A DNA stretch of 64,000 bases from assembly GCF_006345805.1 (NCBI RefSeq), contig NC_043003.1, positions 87,296,001 through 87,360,000 of the forward strand, read 5' to 3'. Of the stretch, positions 26,291-38,885 are shown piece by piece. The notes below the pieces were generated by a model. That model saw nothing but the letters and a program-made list of their open reading frames with translations. It was not told the origin of the DNA and ran no database searches. The DNA comes from Octopus sinensis. Taxonomy: Eukaryota. The position numbers and the translations under genes were made by a program. The stretch's first letter is position 1. Each line of letters begins with the position of its first letter.

Positions 26291-27371
26291 GACTTCAACT
26301 GAATATTGCGAAATCTGATGTTTTTTTTTTCTTTTTTTTACATCCCCTGAAATAGTATCAACTATACTGTATTCTACCTGTGCCAGTATACAGCAGTAAT
26401 GAAATCATTTCATTACAAGGTGTGGTGACGGTGGTGGTGGTGTTGTATTTCAAAACATTATTTCCCACAATTTCTAGACTAAACTTTTCTGCATTATCAA
26501 AATCAGGAAGGACAATGTTTTTGTTATGTAATGCAACTCAGAAGGCATCCATAGAAATTGATTCACTTACCTTTACCTATCAACTTAATTCACTTTCTAA
26601 CACTTTAGTGCTTACAAATATGATACAGCAGTTATGTATCCAAAAATTGCATGACTGTGGGTAGTATCATCTTAAACCAAAAAAATGTAGGTGGGTTGGG
26701 TTTATTGCTTGAGCTAAATAGACCTGTGCTAAAAATAAACCTGTTCACTGTCAATATTATCTCTAGTTTTGTCAAAAAAGTAATCACATAGCTACAAGTG
26801 TGGCTGTGTGGTAAGTTTACTTCTCAACTACAGGGTTCCAGGTTCAGTCCTACTGCATGGCTTATTGGACAAGTGCTTTCTATTATAACCCCAGGCTTAC
26901 CAAAGCCTTGTAAGTAGGTTTGACAGACAGAAATTGAAAGAAGCCCATCATATTTGTCTGTCTGTCATTCTTTATGACTCTCTGTCCATCTATATTGATT
27001 TATATTGTGCAGTGTGGTCCAAAAGTCATGCACAAAATAAGTTCAATAAGCTCGGGGATAGTCAAAGACATGTTTCAGTTTTTATAGAATTGAATAAAAT
27101 TAATAAAATAATGATAAATACACATGTACTCGTACGTGATGAACAAAATTAATAATAATCCTTTCAACTAAAAGGCACAAGGCCTGAAATTTTGGAGGAG
27201 AGGACTAGTTGAGTACATCAACCCCAATATTTCACTGGTACTTAATTTATCAACCCTGAAAGGATGAAAAGCAAAGTTGACCTCACCAGAATAACAAAAT
27301 GAATAACAACAACAACTACAACAGTATAAATAAAATATCAAATGTTTTGATGCATAACTTTTAATCCACTG

Positions 27372-27590
27372 TACAATGGGGACGATGAAAAATTCCTGGC
27401 TTTTAGGGTATTGAGAAAGGCCTGGTTGGAGACCAAATCTTCCAAGTTCTGTTACAGGGCTTAGAAAAACTGAAGGACCACTACAAGAAGTGTGTGAATC
27501 TAAGAAGGGAATTTGTTGAATGAGATCATTAATTGATCCTCCTGTATTTTCTTTTACCCAAAGCCAGAAACTTTTCAGCCCCTCCTCATA
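27372..27590 (+). mobile_element. Mariner-derived MITE (~220 bp)
   Basis: Imperfect TIRs; retains transposase C-terminus QGLEKLKDHYKKCVNLRREFVE*; opposite-orientation copy at 45329-45546. Confidence 0.7.
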
Positions 27591-27636
27591 TAGTACATTG
27601 TTTTTTGTATATTCAATTACTTGGCCCCTTCTCCCA

Positions 27637-27670
<34 letters not shown>

Positions 27671-28722
27671 GCTTCAGAGGGAACAAAAGAGCAGTGCCTG
27701 TAAATCATTTTTTTTTTCAGGGCCATAGAGACTGTTGGGAGGAGACACCTTGCCTGAATGCTTGCACAGATAGAATAGAACTCTGCTAAATGTATCCATG
27801 GGTCAGGTGTTGATGTTAAACTAAGCAATTGATTTAGTCCACCATGCAAGAATTCAGAATACAAAGAGCCAGAACAAATTTATCGTGGCACCATGTCTGA
27901 TGCTCTAACAATGCCACCATTCTACTGTCTGAATTGGAACTTATTTTATTGACCCTGTGAAAGGATGAAAGACAAAGTTAATGCCAGTGAAATTTAAACT
28001 CAGAGCTCAGAGTCAAAACAAATGCCACAAGGCATTTTTCCCAACACTCTAACAACTCTGCAAGTCAGAATGAGGTGGAATTAGTGAACCTACCATTGCA
28101 CTAGTGTCTTTAACATTTAAACCAGTGGTTCCCAAACTCTTTTGTGCTGAGCTGCCCCCCCCCCCACTCACCACCATAAATGTAGACCACTTTCTGCAGC
28201 AAATTCAAAACAACAGTATTTCACAAATAAAACTTAACCTAGTTCTGCCTTTTTTCTTTTTTTTTTTTTATATATATATATACATCCATCACACCCTCTT
28301 AGCCACCCCATTATCACTCTACTTTCCTTCAACACCACCCCTGAATCTCTCCACTCCATCATGCACCCCCGGGGTGGGGACAGTACTACCCACTTTGGGA
28401 ACCAGTGATTTAGACTAACCACATCCAGCTCAAAATATTCTACCTGGTCAGACTTGGCCTCTCGCACCTACCTACCTATGTCATTCTAAACAAGAAGCAA
28501 TCGCATAAAAATCTCAAAGCTACAAGATAATACATGATTGTCAAATTTAATGCTTGTTTATTCATATTGTTTTGAATCAGTGTAACCTGAATGCTGAGGA
28601 GTTGACACACTGATTAAACATCATCTGGATGTTATAATTGTTGTTTAATGCAGTTTTAGTGTGTTTTGTTTTCCTTCTTGATTATTAGTCTCAATTTTTC
28701 TTCTTTGCACTTTATTTACCAG

Positions 28723-28818
28723 GTATTGCTTATGAAGTTGAAGGAACTGAATCAGAAAAGCGGGCTATTCATATCATTAAGAAACCTGGAAAAGTTGCAG
28801 CTCTTGAGGAGGAGATAA
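28723..28818 (+). CDS. GFPT: GFAT exon 3
   Basis: ccag|...|gtaagt; GIAYEVEGTESEKRAIHIIKKPGKVAALEEEI; phase 1/1. Confidence 0.93.
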   Translation, partial: VLLMKLKELNQKSGLFISLRNLEKLQLLRRR

Positions 28819-28991
28819 GTAAGTTTTTATCACAATTCTCAGTTGATTGTGTCTATGCTGAAGCATTGTCTGCATAGATTATAATCAGAACTTTATCTGG
28901 CACTGATTTCATCAATCTTCTAATGATTGAAACTTGGACATCAATAATTACAAGAAAGTAATTTTGTTCACCCACCTTTGCTTATAAATAG

Positions 28992-29128
28992 AGCAGTGGC
29001 TGTGTGGTAAGTAGCTTGCTTACGAACTACTTGGTTCCGGGTTCAGTCCCACTGCGTGGCACCTTGGGCAAGTGTCTTCTACTATAGCCTTGTGAGTGGA
29101 TTTGGTTGACGGAAACTGAAAGAAGCCC

Positions 29129-29180
<52 letters not shown>

Positions 29181-29361
29181 GTTTGTGTGTCTGTGTTTGT
29201 CCCCCCAACATCACTTGACAACCAATGCTGGTGTGCTTACGTCCTCATAACTTAGCGGTTCGGCAAAACAGACCAATAGAATAAGTCCTGGGGTCGATTT
29301 GCTCGACTAAAGGTGGTGCTCCAGCATGGCCACAGTCAAATGACTGAAACAAGTAAAAGAA
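28992..29361 (+). mobile_element. SINE family A
   Basis: Same head, body and tail. Confidence 0.85.
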
Positions 29362-29465
29362 TATATATAAAGTTCTTAACATATGGTCAGTTTTATATAT
29401 TTATATAAATTGCCCTGTCATCATATATTCACATATATTTTTATGGGTATATTGGCACATATCAG

Positions 29466-29509
<44 letters not shown>

Positions 29510-29515
29510 CACTCC

Positions 29516-29756
29516 TTCATTTTATTAAACATTGTAAGTCTTATGAGTTTAAAAATGTTGAGCAATCTTCAGCCATTCATAGAAGTCTTCCATCAAACGG
29601 ACAACACATATACTTATTTCCAGTTCATTTGGAAACGAAAAGGGAATAAGTATATGTATATGTATTGTCCATTTGATGGAAGACTTCTATAAATGGCTGA
29701 AGATTGCTCAACATTTTAAAACTGATATAATACTTACAATGTTTAATAAAATGAAG
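29516..29756. repeat. Fold-back inverted repeat (~100-bp arms)
   Basis: 29516-29618 is the reverse complement of 29645-29756 with few mismatches. Confidence 0.85.
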
Positions 29757-29954
29757 TAGCATGAAACGATCGTACCAAATTACCGAAGGTATACTTGTTG
29801 CTTATTTTGATTATAATCACCCCATGGATTTATATGGATAATATCATACAAAATTCTGGTGCCTCTGACTTAAGTACCATATTCATTTGAATCTAAATTT
29901 TGCTGAACTTATATATATATATATATATATATAGATATATATATATATGTGTGT

Positions 29955-30245
29955 GGAGGCGCAATGGCCCAGTGGTTAGGGCAGTGGAATCGCGGTTGTA
30001 GGATCATGGTTTCGATACCCAGACCGGGCGTTGTTTAGTGAGTGAAAACACCTAAAGCTCCACAAGGCTCCGGCAGGGTGGGGTGGTGATCCCTGCTGTA
30101 CTCTTTCGCCACAACTTTCTCTCACTCTTTCTTCTGTTGGTCTGCACGCTTAGCCAGCGGGGTGGCATCATTTGAAGGCTAAAACAATGCGAAGCGCATT
30201 GTGACCAGTGATGTGTAGCAACATCTGATAACCTGGTCGGTTACG

Positions 30246-30250
<5 letters not shown>
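29955..30250 (+). mobile_element. tRNA-derived SINE family C
   Basis: A box tggcccagtgg, B box ggtttcgatacc; shares cctgctgtactctttcgccacaac with the - strand copy at ~7317-7575. Confidence 0.75.
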
Positions 30251-30290
<40 letters not shown>

Positions 30291-30865
30291 GCATATTCCA
30301 GACACGTGTTCATATATATTTACATATGTATAGGTGTATGTGGACGAATACAGATATAGATATATATGTGTGAGCAAGTGTCTTCCACTATAGCCCCAGT
30401 CCAACCAAAGCCTTGTAAATGGATTTGGTAGATGGAAACTGAAAGAAGCCTGTCATGTTTGTGTGTATGTATGTATGTGTCTGTGTGAGTTACTATCTTG
30501 TCTTGACATTGCATGAGAGTTGTTAGCACGTATCACTGTCATACAAGCTGTGTCCTTTGTTTTCAAAATATAAAAAGTTTTTTTTAAAAAAAAACAAATT
30601 AACACACACCTGGTAAGAAGGAAGTTTTTATGTAAATGCTTTTTGCTGTTTTCAGTTTTCCAAATACAAATATTATAAGGTAATCCATATAGAAGTAATT
30701 GGTTTTAATAGCATTCCACTAATTATAGTTTCGGATTGAGATGCCTCATAAGGTATTCTTATTTTGCCTTTCATCATTGATCATTTCGTGCTTTATTTTG
30801 AAAAAAGGAAATATTTTGAATTTTCCTTTTACACAAATGTCTGGATGTTCACTCAATAGAATCTT

Positions 30866-31665
30866 TCTTATTTCTTTATTGCCCACAAGGGGCTAAACAT
30901 AGAGGGGACAAACAAGGACAGACAGAGGGATTAAGTCGATTACATCGACCCCAGTGTGTAAATGGTACTTATTTAATCGACCCCGAAAGGATGAAAGGCA
31001 AAGTCAACCTTGGCGGAATTTGAACTCAGAACGTAACAGCAGATGAAATACCGCTAAGCATTTCGCCCGGTGTGCTAACGTTTCTGCCAGCTCACCGCCT
31101 TAATGCCGTTTCTAACAATGGGATCTTTGATTTGTTATTTTATGCACCCTGACCCAAGCAATAAATTTTGTTCCTATTTAGCTTATATAATTCTCATTGC
31201 ATTGTGGATTTGTGATGCAGAATTTTTTTTTTTTTTTTTCGTTTTACAATTCACTTTTAGTTTTACCTTATTCAGTCAACTCATGTCTCAAAACAGAGTG
31301 CTTCACATTTTGTTACCAGCATTATTTCTTCCAATGTGAATTTTACTTTGTAGTCTTCTAAGATTTAGCCATTCAGCTGTTAATAATTTGTGATTATTTT
31401 TCTTAGATTTGATGATTCATATAGAATTGGAAGGGGGCGAGCTGGCAGAAACGTTAACACGCCGGGCGAAATGTGTAGCCATATTTCGGCTGCCGTTACA
31501 TTGTGAGTTCAAATTCCACTGAGGTCGACTTTGCCTTTCATCCTTTCGGGGTCGATAAATTAAGTACCAGTTACGCACTGGGGTCGTTGTAATCGACTTA
31601 ATACTTATGTCTGTCCTTGTTTGTCCCCTCTGTGTTTAGCTCCTTGTGGGTAATAAAGAAATAGG
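30866..31665. mobile_element. Inverted pair of SINE family B (30866-31101 minus; 31431-31665 plus)
   Basis: Core gagttcaaattcc..gaggtcgactttgcctttcatcctttcggggtcgataaattaagtaccag in both orientations. Confidence 0.85.
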
Positions 31666-32078
31666 TATCATTTGACCAAATATGTGTTTGGGGAATTATG
31701 GGTGACTATAGAAACAATGTTTTTTTTTTTCTGTCTTTCCTTTCCTTGTGAGAGTTAATCCATAAACAAAACATATTGTCAACTCATCAGCTAGATTTAA
31801 TAACCAAGGATATAATTACAATTCATGAATGAAAAGACCCACAGTTATAAATACTAGTTATTTGTCACATAGTTTAAAGTTGAAATTGCACTAGATGAGT
31901 GTGTGTGAGTGATACACATATACATGCACATAGATCAATAGATATGTGTGTGTGTCTGTGTGTTTCTGTTTCTCAATCTTTGTATTGTAAGCTATCCCTG
32001 CTACTCATCAGTTCTGTATCATTCACCCCACTCACTCACCCCCTATCACTTGTCTAACTACTGTAATTATGTACAGAT

Positions 32079-32480
32079 TTACTCTTTTACTTGTTTCAGT
32101 CATTTGACTGCGGCCATGCTGGAGCACCGCCTTTAATCGAGCAACTCGACCCCGGGACTTATTCTTTTGTAAACCCAGTACTTATTCTATCGGTCTCTTT
32201 TGCCGAACCGCTAAGTAACGGGGACATAAACACACCAGCATCGGTTGTCAAGCGATGTTTGGGGACAAACCCAGACACACAAACACACACACACGCATAC
32301 ATACATATACATATATACGACGGGCATCTTTCAGTTTCTGTCTACCAAATCCACTCACAAGGCTTTGGTCGGCCCAAGGCTACTTTAGAAGACACTTGCC
32401 CAAGGTGCCATGCAGTGGGACTGAACCCGGAACAATGTGGTTGGCAAACAAGCTACTTACCACACAGCCACTCCTGCACC
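32079..32480 (-). mobile_element. SINE family A
   Basis: Same head, body and tail. Confidence 0.85.
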
Positions 32481-33734
32481 ATATTTTATCATATTTTATT
32501 CTCTGATACCACTTATCCTTCTCAGTACCTGGGTCCATTTCAGTTGATAACCATCCTTCATTCTTAATACTGTCCCCCTTCTTCATCCACATTTTACATT
32601 GACCACCCCTCCATACCACCACATCTCACTTTCTCCATCCCATGCACCTCTTACACATCTCCTGCACTACAGCTGCTTCTTCTTTCACACTCTTTGCAAC
32701 TTATCCAACCAGGTCATCTCGTTCTTTTATCCTTTCCCTGTTTACTGTATCATTATTACTATTCTGCTGCTCTCCACCACTTTCTGAACTGTCAGTCATC
32801 TTTGCTGCCCTCATTGATCACACCCATTCCTTGTCCACCATTCACTACATCCACCCCTCCACTATACCCAACCTCTAGTCATTACGTAATATTCTCTACC
32901 TTCTCTATAATATAGATCAGTGGTTTTCAACAAGGGTTCCGCCAGTACAGTCCAGGGATTCTGCAAGAAGTTACAAAACTGCTAAAATCGGCAGTAATTT
33001 TTAATTCTCCTGTGCAGATATGTGTGCATAAGACTATTAAATTATTGCACAGGGGTTCCTCGAGCCAGTGGAATGTTTCCTTGGGGTTCCACTCCAGCAA
33101 AAAGTTTGAAAAGCACTGATATAGATTGATCACTCTCTCAGCTTTTGTTCTTCATTCTTTATATTCACTGCTTCACCCATTCTCATTTCTCTAACTTTAT
33201 ATCACTCGTCCTTTACATTCCTGCAACTTTTACCATATTCCCTGTTCTACTGTCCCTACTCACTTCTTACCTTGTACTTTGAGGATCCACTTTAACACTT
33301 CATCATCACTATTTTATCTCCAGGCATAGGCATAAGTGTGGAAGAGAAGTTCACTTACCAGCCACATAGTTTCAGGTTTCAGGTTCAGTCCCACTGTGTG
33401 GTACCTTGGGTAAGTGTGTTCTACTAAAGCCCCAGGCGAAATAAATCCTTGAGTGTATTTGGTAGACAGAAACTGGAAGAAACCTGTTTGTGTGTGTGTA
33501 TTAGTGTCTTCTTGTATTGATGTCATATGATAGTTGTAAATGAGTGTCACTGTCGTACAAATAGTGTCCTTTGTATTCAATCTTCCATAAAAACATGTCT
33601 GACCATGGAGAAATATTATTTTCCTTGGGAACAAGTAAAAGTTCTTCACGGGAAGAGCATCTGGCTGTAGAAAAATCTGCATCTGTCTGACACTTCCAGT
33701 CATGGAAAAGTGGACATTAAAATGATCATCACAT

Positions 33735-33747
33735 ATATGTATGTATG

Positions 33748-33790
<43 letters not shown>

Positions 33791-33995
33791 ATATATATGT
33801 ATGTGTATATATATATGTATGTGTATATATATGTATGTGTATATATATGTATGTATGTGTATATATGTATGTATGTGTATATATATGTATGTGTATATAT
33901 ATGTATGTGTATATATATGTATGTATGTGTATATATGTATGTATGTGTATATATATGTATGTGTATATATATCTGTGTGGATGATGATGATGATA
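33735..33995. repeat. Compound (AT)n/(ATGT)n microsatellite ending in (GAT)n, directly before exon 4
   Basis: Direct reading. Confidence 0.95.
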
Positions 33996-34015
33996 TATAA
34001 AATTTTTTTTTTCAG

Positions 34016-34141
34016 ATTCCACACCTGTAGATTTTGATGTAGTGTCTACCTGTCATATTGGTATTTCTCATACACGTTGGGCAACACATGGCGAGCCAAA
34101 TTCCACAAACAGCCATCCTCAGAGATCTGGGCTGAATAATG
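34016..34141 (+). CDS. GFPT: GFAT exon 4
   Basis: ttcag|...|gtaagt; [42 protein letters not shown]. Confidence 0.97.
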
Positions 34142-34245
34142 GTAAGTTACTAAATTTTCTAAAACTACTTTTGTTTCTGCTTTTGAGAGATCTAAACTCT
34201 TGTTTAATTTGCTAACTTCATTTATTCTCATTTTGTTTTTCCTAG

Positions 34246-34304
34246 AATTCATTTGTGTCCATAATGGAATTATCACAAACTACAAAGATTTAAAATCCTT
34301 TTTG
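34246..34304 (+). CDS. GFPT: GFAT exon 5
   Basis: cctag|...|gtaagt; EFICVHNGIITNYKDLKSFL. Confidence 0.97.
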
Positions 34305-34502
34305 GTAAGTTTCTATATTTCTATTTAGTTTTTATAATCCACTGTGGTACATATGTGCTTTAACATTTACTGAAATTCTATCAAGCACGACTGACCAATT
34401 CAGTTGTTGGTTATTGGTTTGGTTTTTGAATAAAGAACTTTTACCATTTCAGCCCACTTAACTGCATCAACACTAGAAGCACTATCTACTGAGCCTTCAT
34501 TA

Positions 34503-34851
34503 TCTCTCTATATATATAAACGGCAAAATGTTTGTGTGTGTGTCCTTTATACAAATCTACAATTGTTCAGTTACAAGGCTCACACTTTCTATGGTCATTC
34601 AAAACCGTCCAAGGGTGGTCGTGCACATCTTTACATTTCCCCAGTCACCCCGCAAAGCCATTAAAAATTCAATAGAAGTGACTTTTTGTGAATTTTCTAT
34701 CCAAAACCCAATCAAAATGCCCAAAACTTGATATGCCAATTGAATGCCAGTTAGCTGTATGTGATTGGTCGGAGATTTGGACAGTACTTGCGTGTATGTG
34801 TGCATGCATGCACTAGCACTATGACCCGGCAACGCCGGGTCATAATGCTAG
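34503..34851 (+). mobile_element. Non-autonomous Helitron in GFAT intron 5
   Basis: A|TCTCTC start, hairpin tatgacccggcaacgccgggtcata, CTAG|T end. Confidence 0.82.
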
Positions 34852-35008
34852 TTTTCAAAATAAATTGAAATAATTGCTTTATTTTAGCAAAAGCTATGGT
34901 AGTGAAATGATTAAATCTTAAACCCTAGAATAAAGATAGTATGATCAGATGAGAATTGTGTTATTTACATTCATACTTTCCATTTTTTTCCCCTGCTTTT
35001 TTCCATAG

Positions 35009-35143
35009 GAAACTAAAGGTTTTCATTTTGAATCTGAAACTGATACTGAAACCATTGCTAAGCTTGTCAAACATCTCTATGACAAACACAAGGAAGACAA
35101 GCTTACATTTAGGGAATTGATTGAAATGACTTGTCAACAACTC
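35009..35143 (+). CDS. GFPT: GFAT exon 6
   Basis: catag|...|gtgagt; ETKGFHFESETDTETIAKLVKHLYDKHKEDKLTFRELIEMTCQQL. Confidence 0.97.
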
Positions 35144-35373
35144 GTGAGTTTACAGAGCTATTTTTTTCTTTTAATTTAATTTTTTTTTAATTTCATCATT
35201 AATTTAAAAACAAAAATAATTTTTTGTATTTTCAAACTTTGTTCATTAAAATAATAATTTAACATAGCCATAGAAAATCTGCCCCCAACAAATTCCACCC
35301 GACCCATGCAAGCATGGAAAAGTGGAAAGTAAATGATGATGATAATAATAAAATAAATTTATTTTTTCTGCAG

Positions 35374-35435
35374 GAAGGAGCATATGCTTTGGCTTTTATG
35401 AGTACAAACTATCCAGGAGAATGTGTCGTAACACG
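35374..35435 (+). CDS. GFPT: GFAT exon 7
   Basis: tgcag|...|gtaagt; EGAYALAFMSTNYPGECVVTR. Confidence 0.96.
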
Positions 35436-35489
35436 GTAAGTTCTTGTTTTCAGATGTTTACATACAAAAGAAGTTATTGAGCATATTAA

Positions 35490-35885
35490 TTACTCTTTAC
35501 TCTTTTACTTGTTTCAGTCATTTGACTGCGGCCATGCTGGAGCACCGCCTTTAGTCAAGCAAATCGACCCCGGGACTTATTCTTTGTAAGCCCAGTACTT
35601 ATTCTATCGGTCTCTTTTGCCGAACTGCTAAGTGACGGGGACGTAAACACACCAGCATCGGTTGTCAAGCAATGCTAGGGGGACAAACACAGACACACAA
35701 ACATATACACACACACTTATATATATATACATATATACGACAGGCTTCTTTCAGTTTCCACTCACAAGGCATTGGTCGGCCCGGGGCTATAGCAGAAGAC
35801 ACTTGCCCAAGATGCCACGCAGTGGGACTGAACCCGGAACCATGTGGTTGGTTAGCAAGCTACTTACCACACAGCCACTCCTGCC
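35490..35885 (-). mobile_element. SINE family A (young)
   Basis: Near-identical to 20747-21148 and 47442-47913. Confidence 0.85.
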
Positions 35886-36237
35886 AGACGTCGGAGTTTC
35901 AATGTGTCCATGCCCAGGGAAGTAAGGCGTTCAGAATATGGCAAATGCCTGATGGAGGGTATTCTTTTGGTTGTGTGAATAGTGTAAGTACATACTACTA
36001 GCAGAAAGAGTTGGTAGTTCCTTTCTCTTTGGAAACACTACATTATTCCTAGGAATAAACTGTTTACTATCTCTATGATCCAGGCTATCTATAACTTAGA
36101 TAACTTAAGTTACAGCCAGTATAGGCCCAGGCCATGTCTAACTTAATAGCACCGCCTGGTAAAAGTGCGCATTGTTGCTATACAGTGTAAGCATTATAAT
36201 TGCTATACTGAGTTGAAAATATACTTTGAGTTTAAAT

Positions 36238-36612
36238 ATAATAATAATAATAATGAAATTATTGTATACAGTACTCAAGTGCACCACAACTTGTCAGAAA
36301 GTGCATATAAAGTACATGCAGTAATGTACAAATGTCTGGAAAGCGAACAATGTATGAGTCAGATACATGCTTGTGTGTGTATGGAGGGGAGAAAATCAGG
36401 TGTAGTGTTGGCGAATCTCAGAAAGCATGGAAGTTTTGAAGGATGCAGTGCTCCGACAACTAACAACTGATGCCGGCAGTTTGTTCCATGCTTCAGCAAC
36501 TCTCAGCGTGAAAAAATGTTTCCTAAAGTCATGGGAGCTGTGCTGCTTTCTGACTTTGTAAATATGTCCACGGGTGTTAGACGGGTGGAGTTTGAAAAGG
36601 TGCTCAGAGTTT
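36238..36612 (-). mobile_element. CR1-type LINE 3' end
   Basis: ORF 36396..36635(-) SEHLFKLHPSNTRGH...RVAEAWNKLP. Confidence 0.85.
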
Positions 36613-36764
36613 TCCACATTTACATTCGTAATCAATCAAGCAATTAAAAAGGACAATTATTTTCCTTTGTGATCTAAATATTTGTTCATATTAATTGTTC
36701 ATATGTTGGTTTGACTTATCAAACACAAATACTATCTTCTGTTATTTTGTCACATTATTTGCAG

Positions 36765-36844
36765 ACGTGGAAGTCCTTTGCTGATAGGAATCAAAAGTAA
36801 CTCTAAGTTAACAACAGACAATATTCCTGTTTTGTATAGCAAAG
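36765..36844 (+). CDS. GFPT: GFAT exon 8
   Basis: tgcag|...|gttagt; [26 protein letters not shown] (PKA-site motif RRGS spans the exon 7/8 junction). Confidence 0.96.
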
Positions 36845-38570
36845 GTTAGTTACATCAGCTAAATAAGAACTTTGTTTGATGTTTTGTTTATTTCCATTTT
36901 TAAAAATTTTCAAAGCATGTTTTAGCATGTAGATCTTTTCGGTTAAGTGTTGCATTTCAGAACGTGTGATGTTGTATGTATGATTTCTTTTCCCTTTTTG
37001 CTGTGTAACATTTTTATTTAATACAAGGGCTTATAAGCTCACAATTTATTTTTTACCACTTATCAGGATTACATAACATTTTCTTTTTTAACCTTCTTTG
37101 TAAATAATACTTTAGAGAGAGTGGGCTTTGAATTGTACATGATACAGGATATCAGTGATAAAACAAACAGCCTATTATGGATTAAAGGAGATTTTCCATT
37201 CATAAAAGAAACAGTCCTTTAACAAGGAATGAAGTAGATTCAAAATTTCCTTTGATAGTTAAGATAGCAGTCATTTTTATTTGATTTCAATACATTCCCC
37301 TATCCATTTTCTTAAAATAGTATCTTTGTCATAGTCATGATGCTCCGCTTTAGTTAGAATTAAAAGACCTTGTTCAGTGAAATGAATTATTATTGAATTA
37401 AATTTGACACAAAATCACTGGATCTTAGACTCAATTTTTGTTTCTATCTACATTAATAAAATATGATAGTTTTCAAAAAAAAAAAAAATCCTGCATAAGT
37501 AAATGTTTTGCAAAACTATATTTACCAAAACTAAAATTTTGATTTCTTTTTATCCTTCTTTTACCTTATACAACTCATCAATGTTTAGTGAGCACCCTTC
37601 AAAATAAATGCACCAGTTACTGTCTTCAAAGAAAAATATTTTAAAGACCATAGTTAGGGTAACCCATTAGGTCAATTAGAATATTTTACTATTTGCGAAA
37701 TTTCTGAAATACTAAATCTGTGTGGTACAATTACTGTGAGGTTATGGTGTTGTGCTACTTGCCATATGATCATAAACCCAACTCTCTGAGAGCAATTTCA
37801 ATGTGATATCCTCATCTCTTCAGCAAAGTATATAATTTAAATGGAGATTATGGAGTGGCTCATTATTTCTAACTGCAGTAGTAAGCTCTACCGGTCAAAT
37901 TTTAATAATCCTCTTCATTTGGCCTATTACACACTTTTGTTACCACTATATCACTAATTCCATATCATCATCTAAGTATATTGGGTGTGAATCTTCCAGC
38001 TTTGATAAATACTAAATTGTCATGTTTAATGCACCTTTGCAGTTTAATATAGTACTTATTACTTGTATTTTAAAAAATTATTAAAGCATGAAGTCCTTTC
38101 TCTTTTTTTCTCTCTTCCTTAAAGCTGCACTTTCATGTCCATACTTAATGGTATTGATGACAATATAGCATGAACCTGCTTTTTTGTGTGTATGTGTGTC
38201 TCTCTCTTTCTCTCCCTCTCTTTCTCTCTCTCCCTCTCTCTCTCAAGTTATACTGTATCTAGACAATCTATGAGAAGATATCTAAAATAGATATAACCAC
38301 TAGAGTTCAATGAGACTAATGGTTGTCCACTTCAATTAGAAACAATTTGGTGAAAAGCAAAACAGTGCAAAGTATACTGGTGCACCCCCTTCCACAACGC
38401 ATCAATATACCTCACAAAGTTTTGCTTTTGTATTAACCAAAAGTTTTGATCCTACTTGGGAAGAAAAACTTTATTCAAAATAAGTTGCATAGCTCCTGCT
38501 CCTCACACTATGCCTACTTTAGAAATATAAGCAAATAATTTATCTACACTTTGTTTTTACCTTGTTTTAG

Positions 38571-38597
38571 GAAGTGCTAAAGACTCAGATTCTCCAG
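38571..38597 (+). CDS. GFPT: Candidate alternative 27-nt microexon of GFAT (GSAKDSDSP)
   Basis: Pyrimidine tract ttgtttttaccttgttttag, 27 nt open in phase 1/1, CAG|GTACAC donor (weak), TGCATG at 38671; no transcript evidence available. Confidence 0.55.
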
Positions 38598-38854
38598 GTA
38601 CACCATGTTTTGTTGTTTTTTTTTTTTCTTTTGTTTTCCACTTACTCTTGTGTTCAGCTGCTTTCCACACTGCATGACCTTTTTGCAGGCTTCATTCCTT
38701 AGCAGCAGTCACCCCACGTTTTGGAGGGAAAGGAAATGTGGGTGGGTAAGGAAGAGCCATCTCATTAATAAATTTTTAACAATTATGGCTTTTTCTTTGC
38801 AAAACCTGTTCATCTCTCCCTTTTTTCCCCCTGCCTAATTATAGCATCTCAGTT

Positions 38855-38885
<31 letters not shown>

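Noticed and set aside
32091-32567. 158-aa ORF and similar recurrent SINE-derived ORFs (e.g. GYSRRHLPKMPRSGTEPGTMWL)
   Set aside because: Antisense translations of SINE family A, repeated at every copy
33314-34037. 236-aa and overlapping ORFs (YIHT/VCIY-rich)
   Set aside because: Translations of a compound microsatellite; the same applies to ORFs at 6153-6471, 11432-12056, 39777-40156 and 46394-47043
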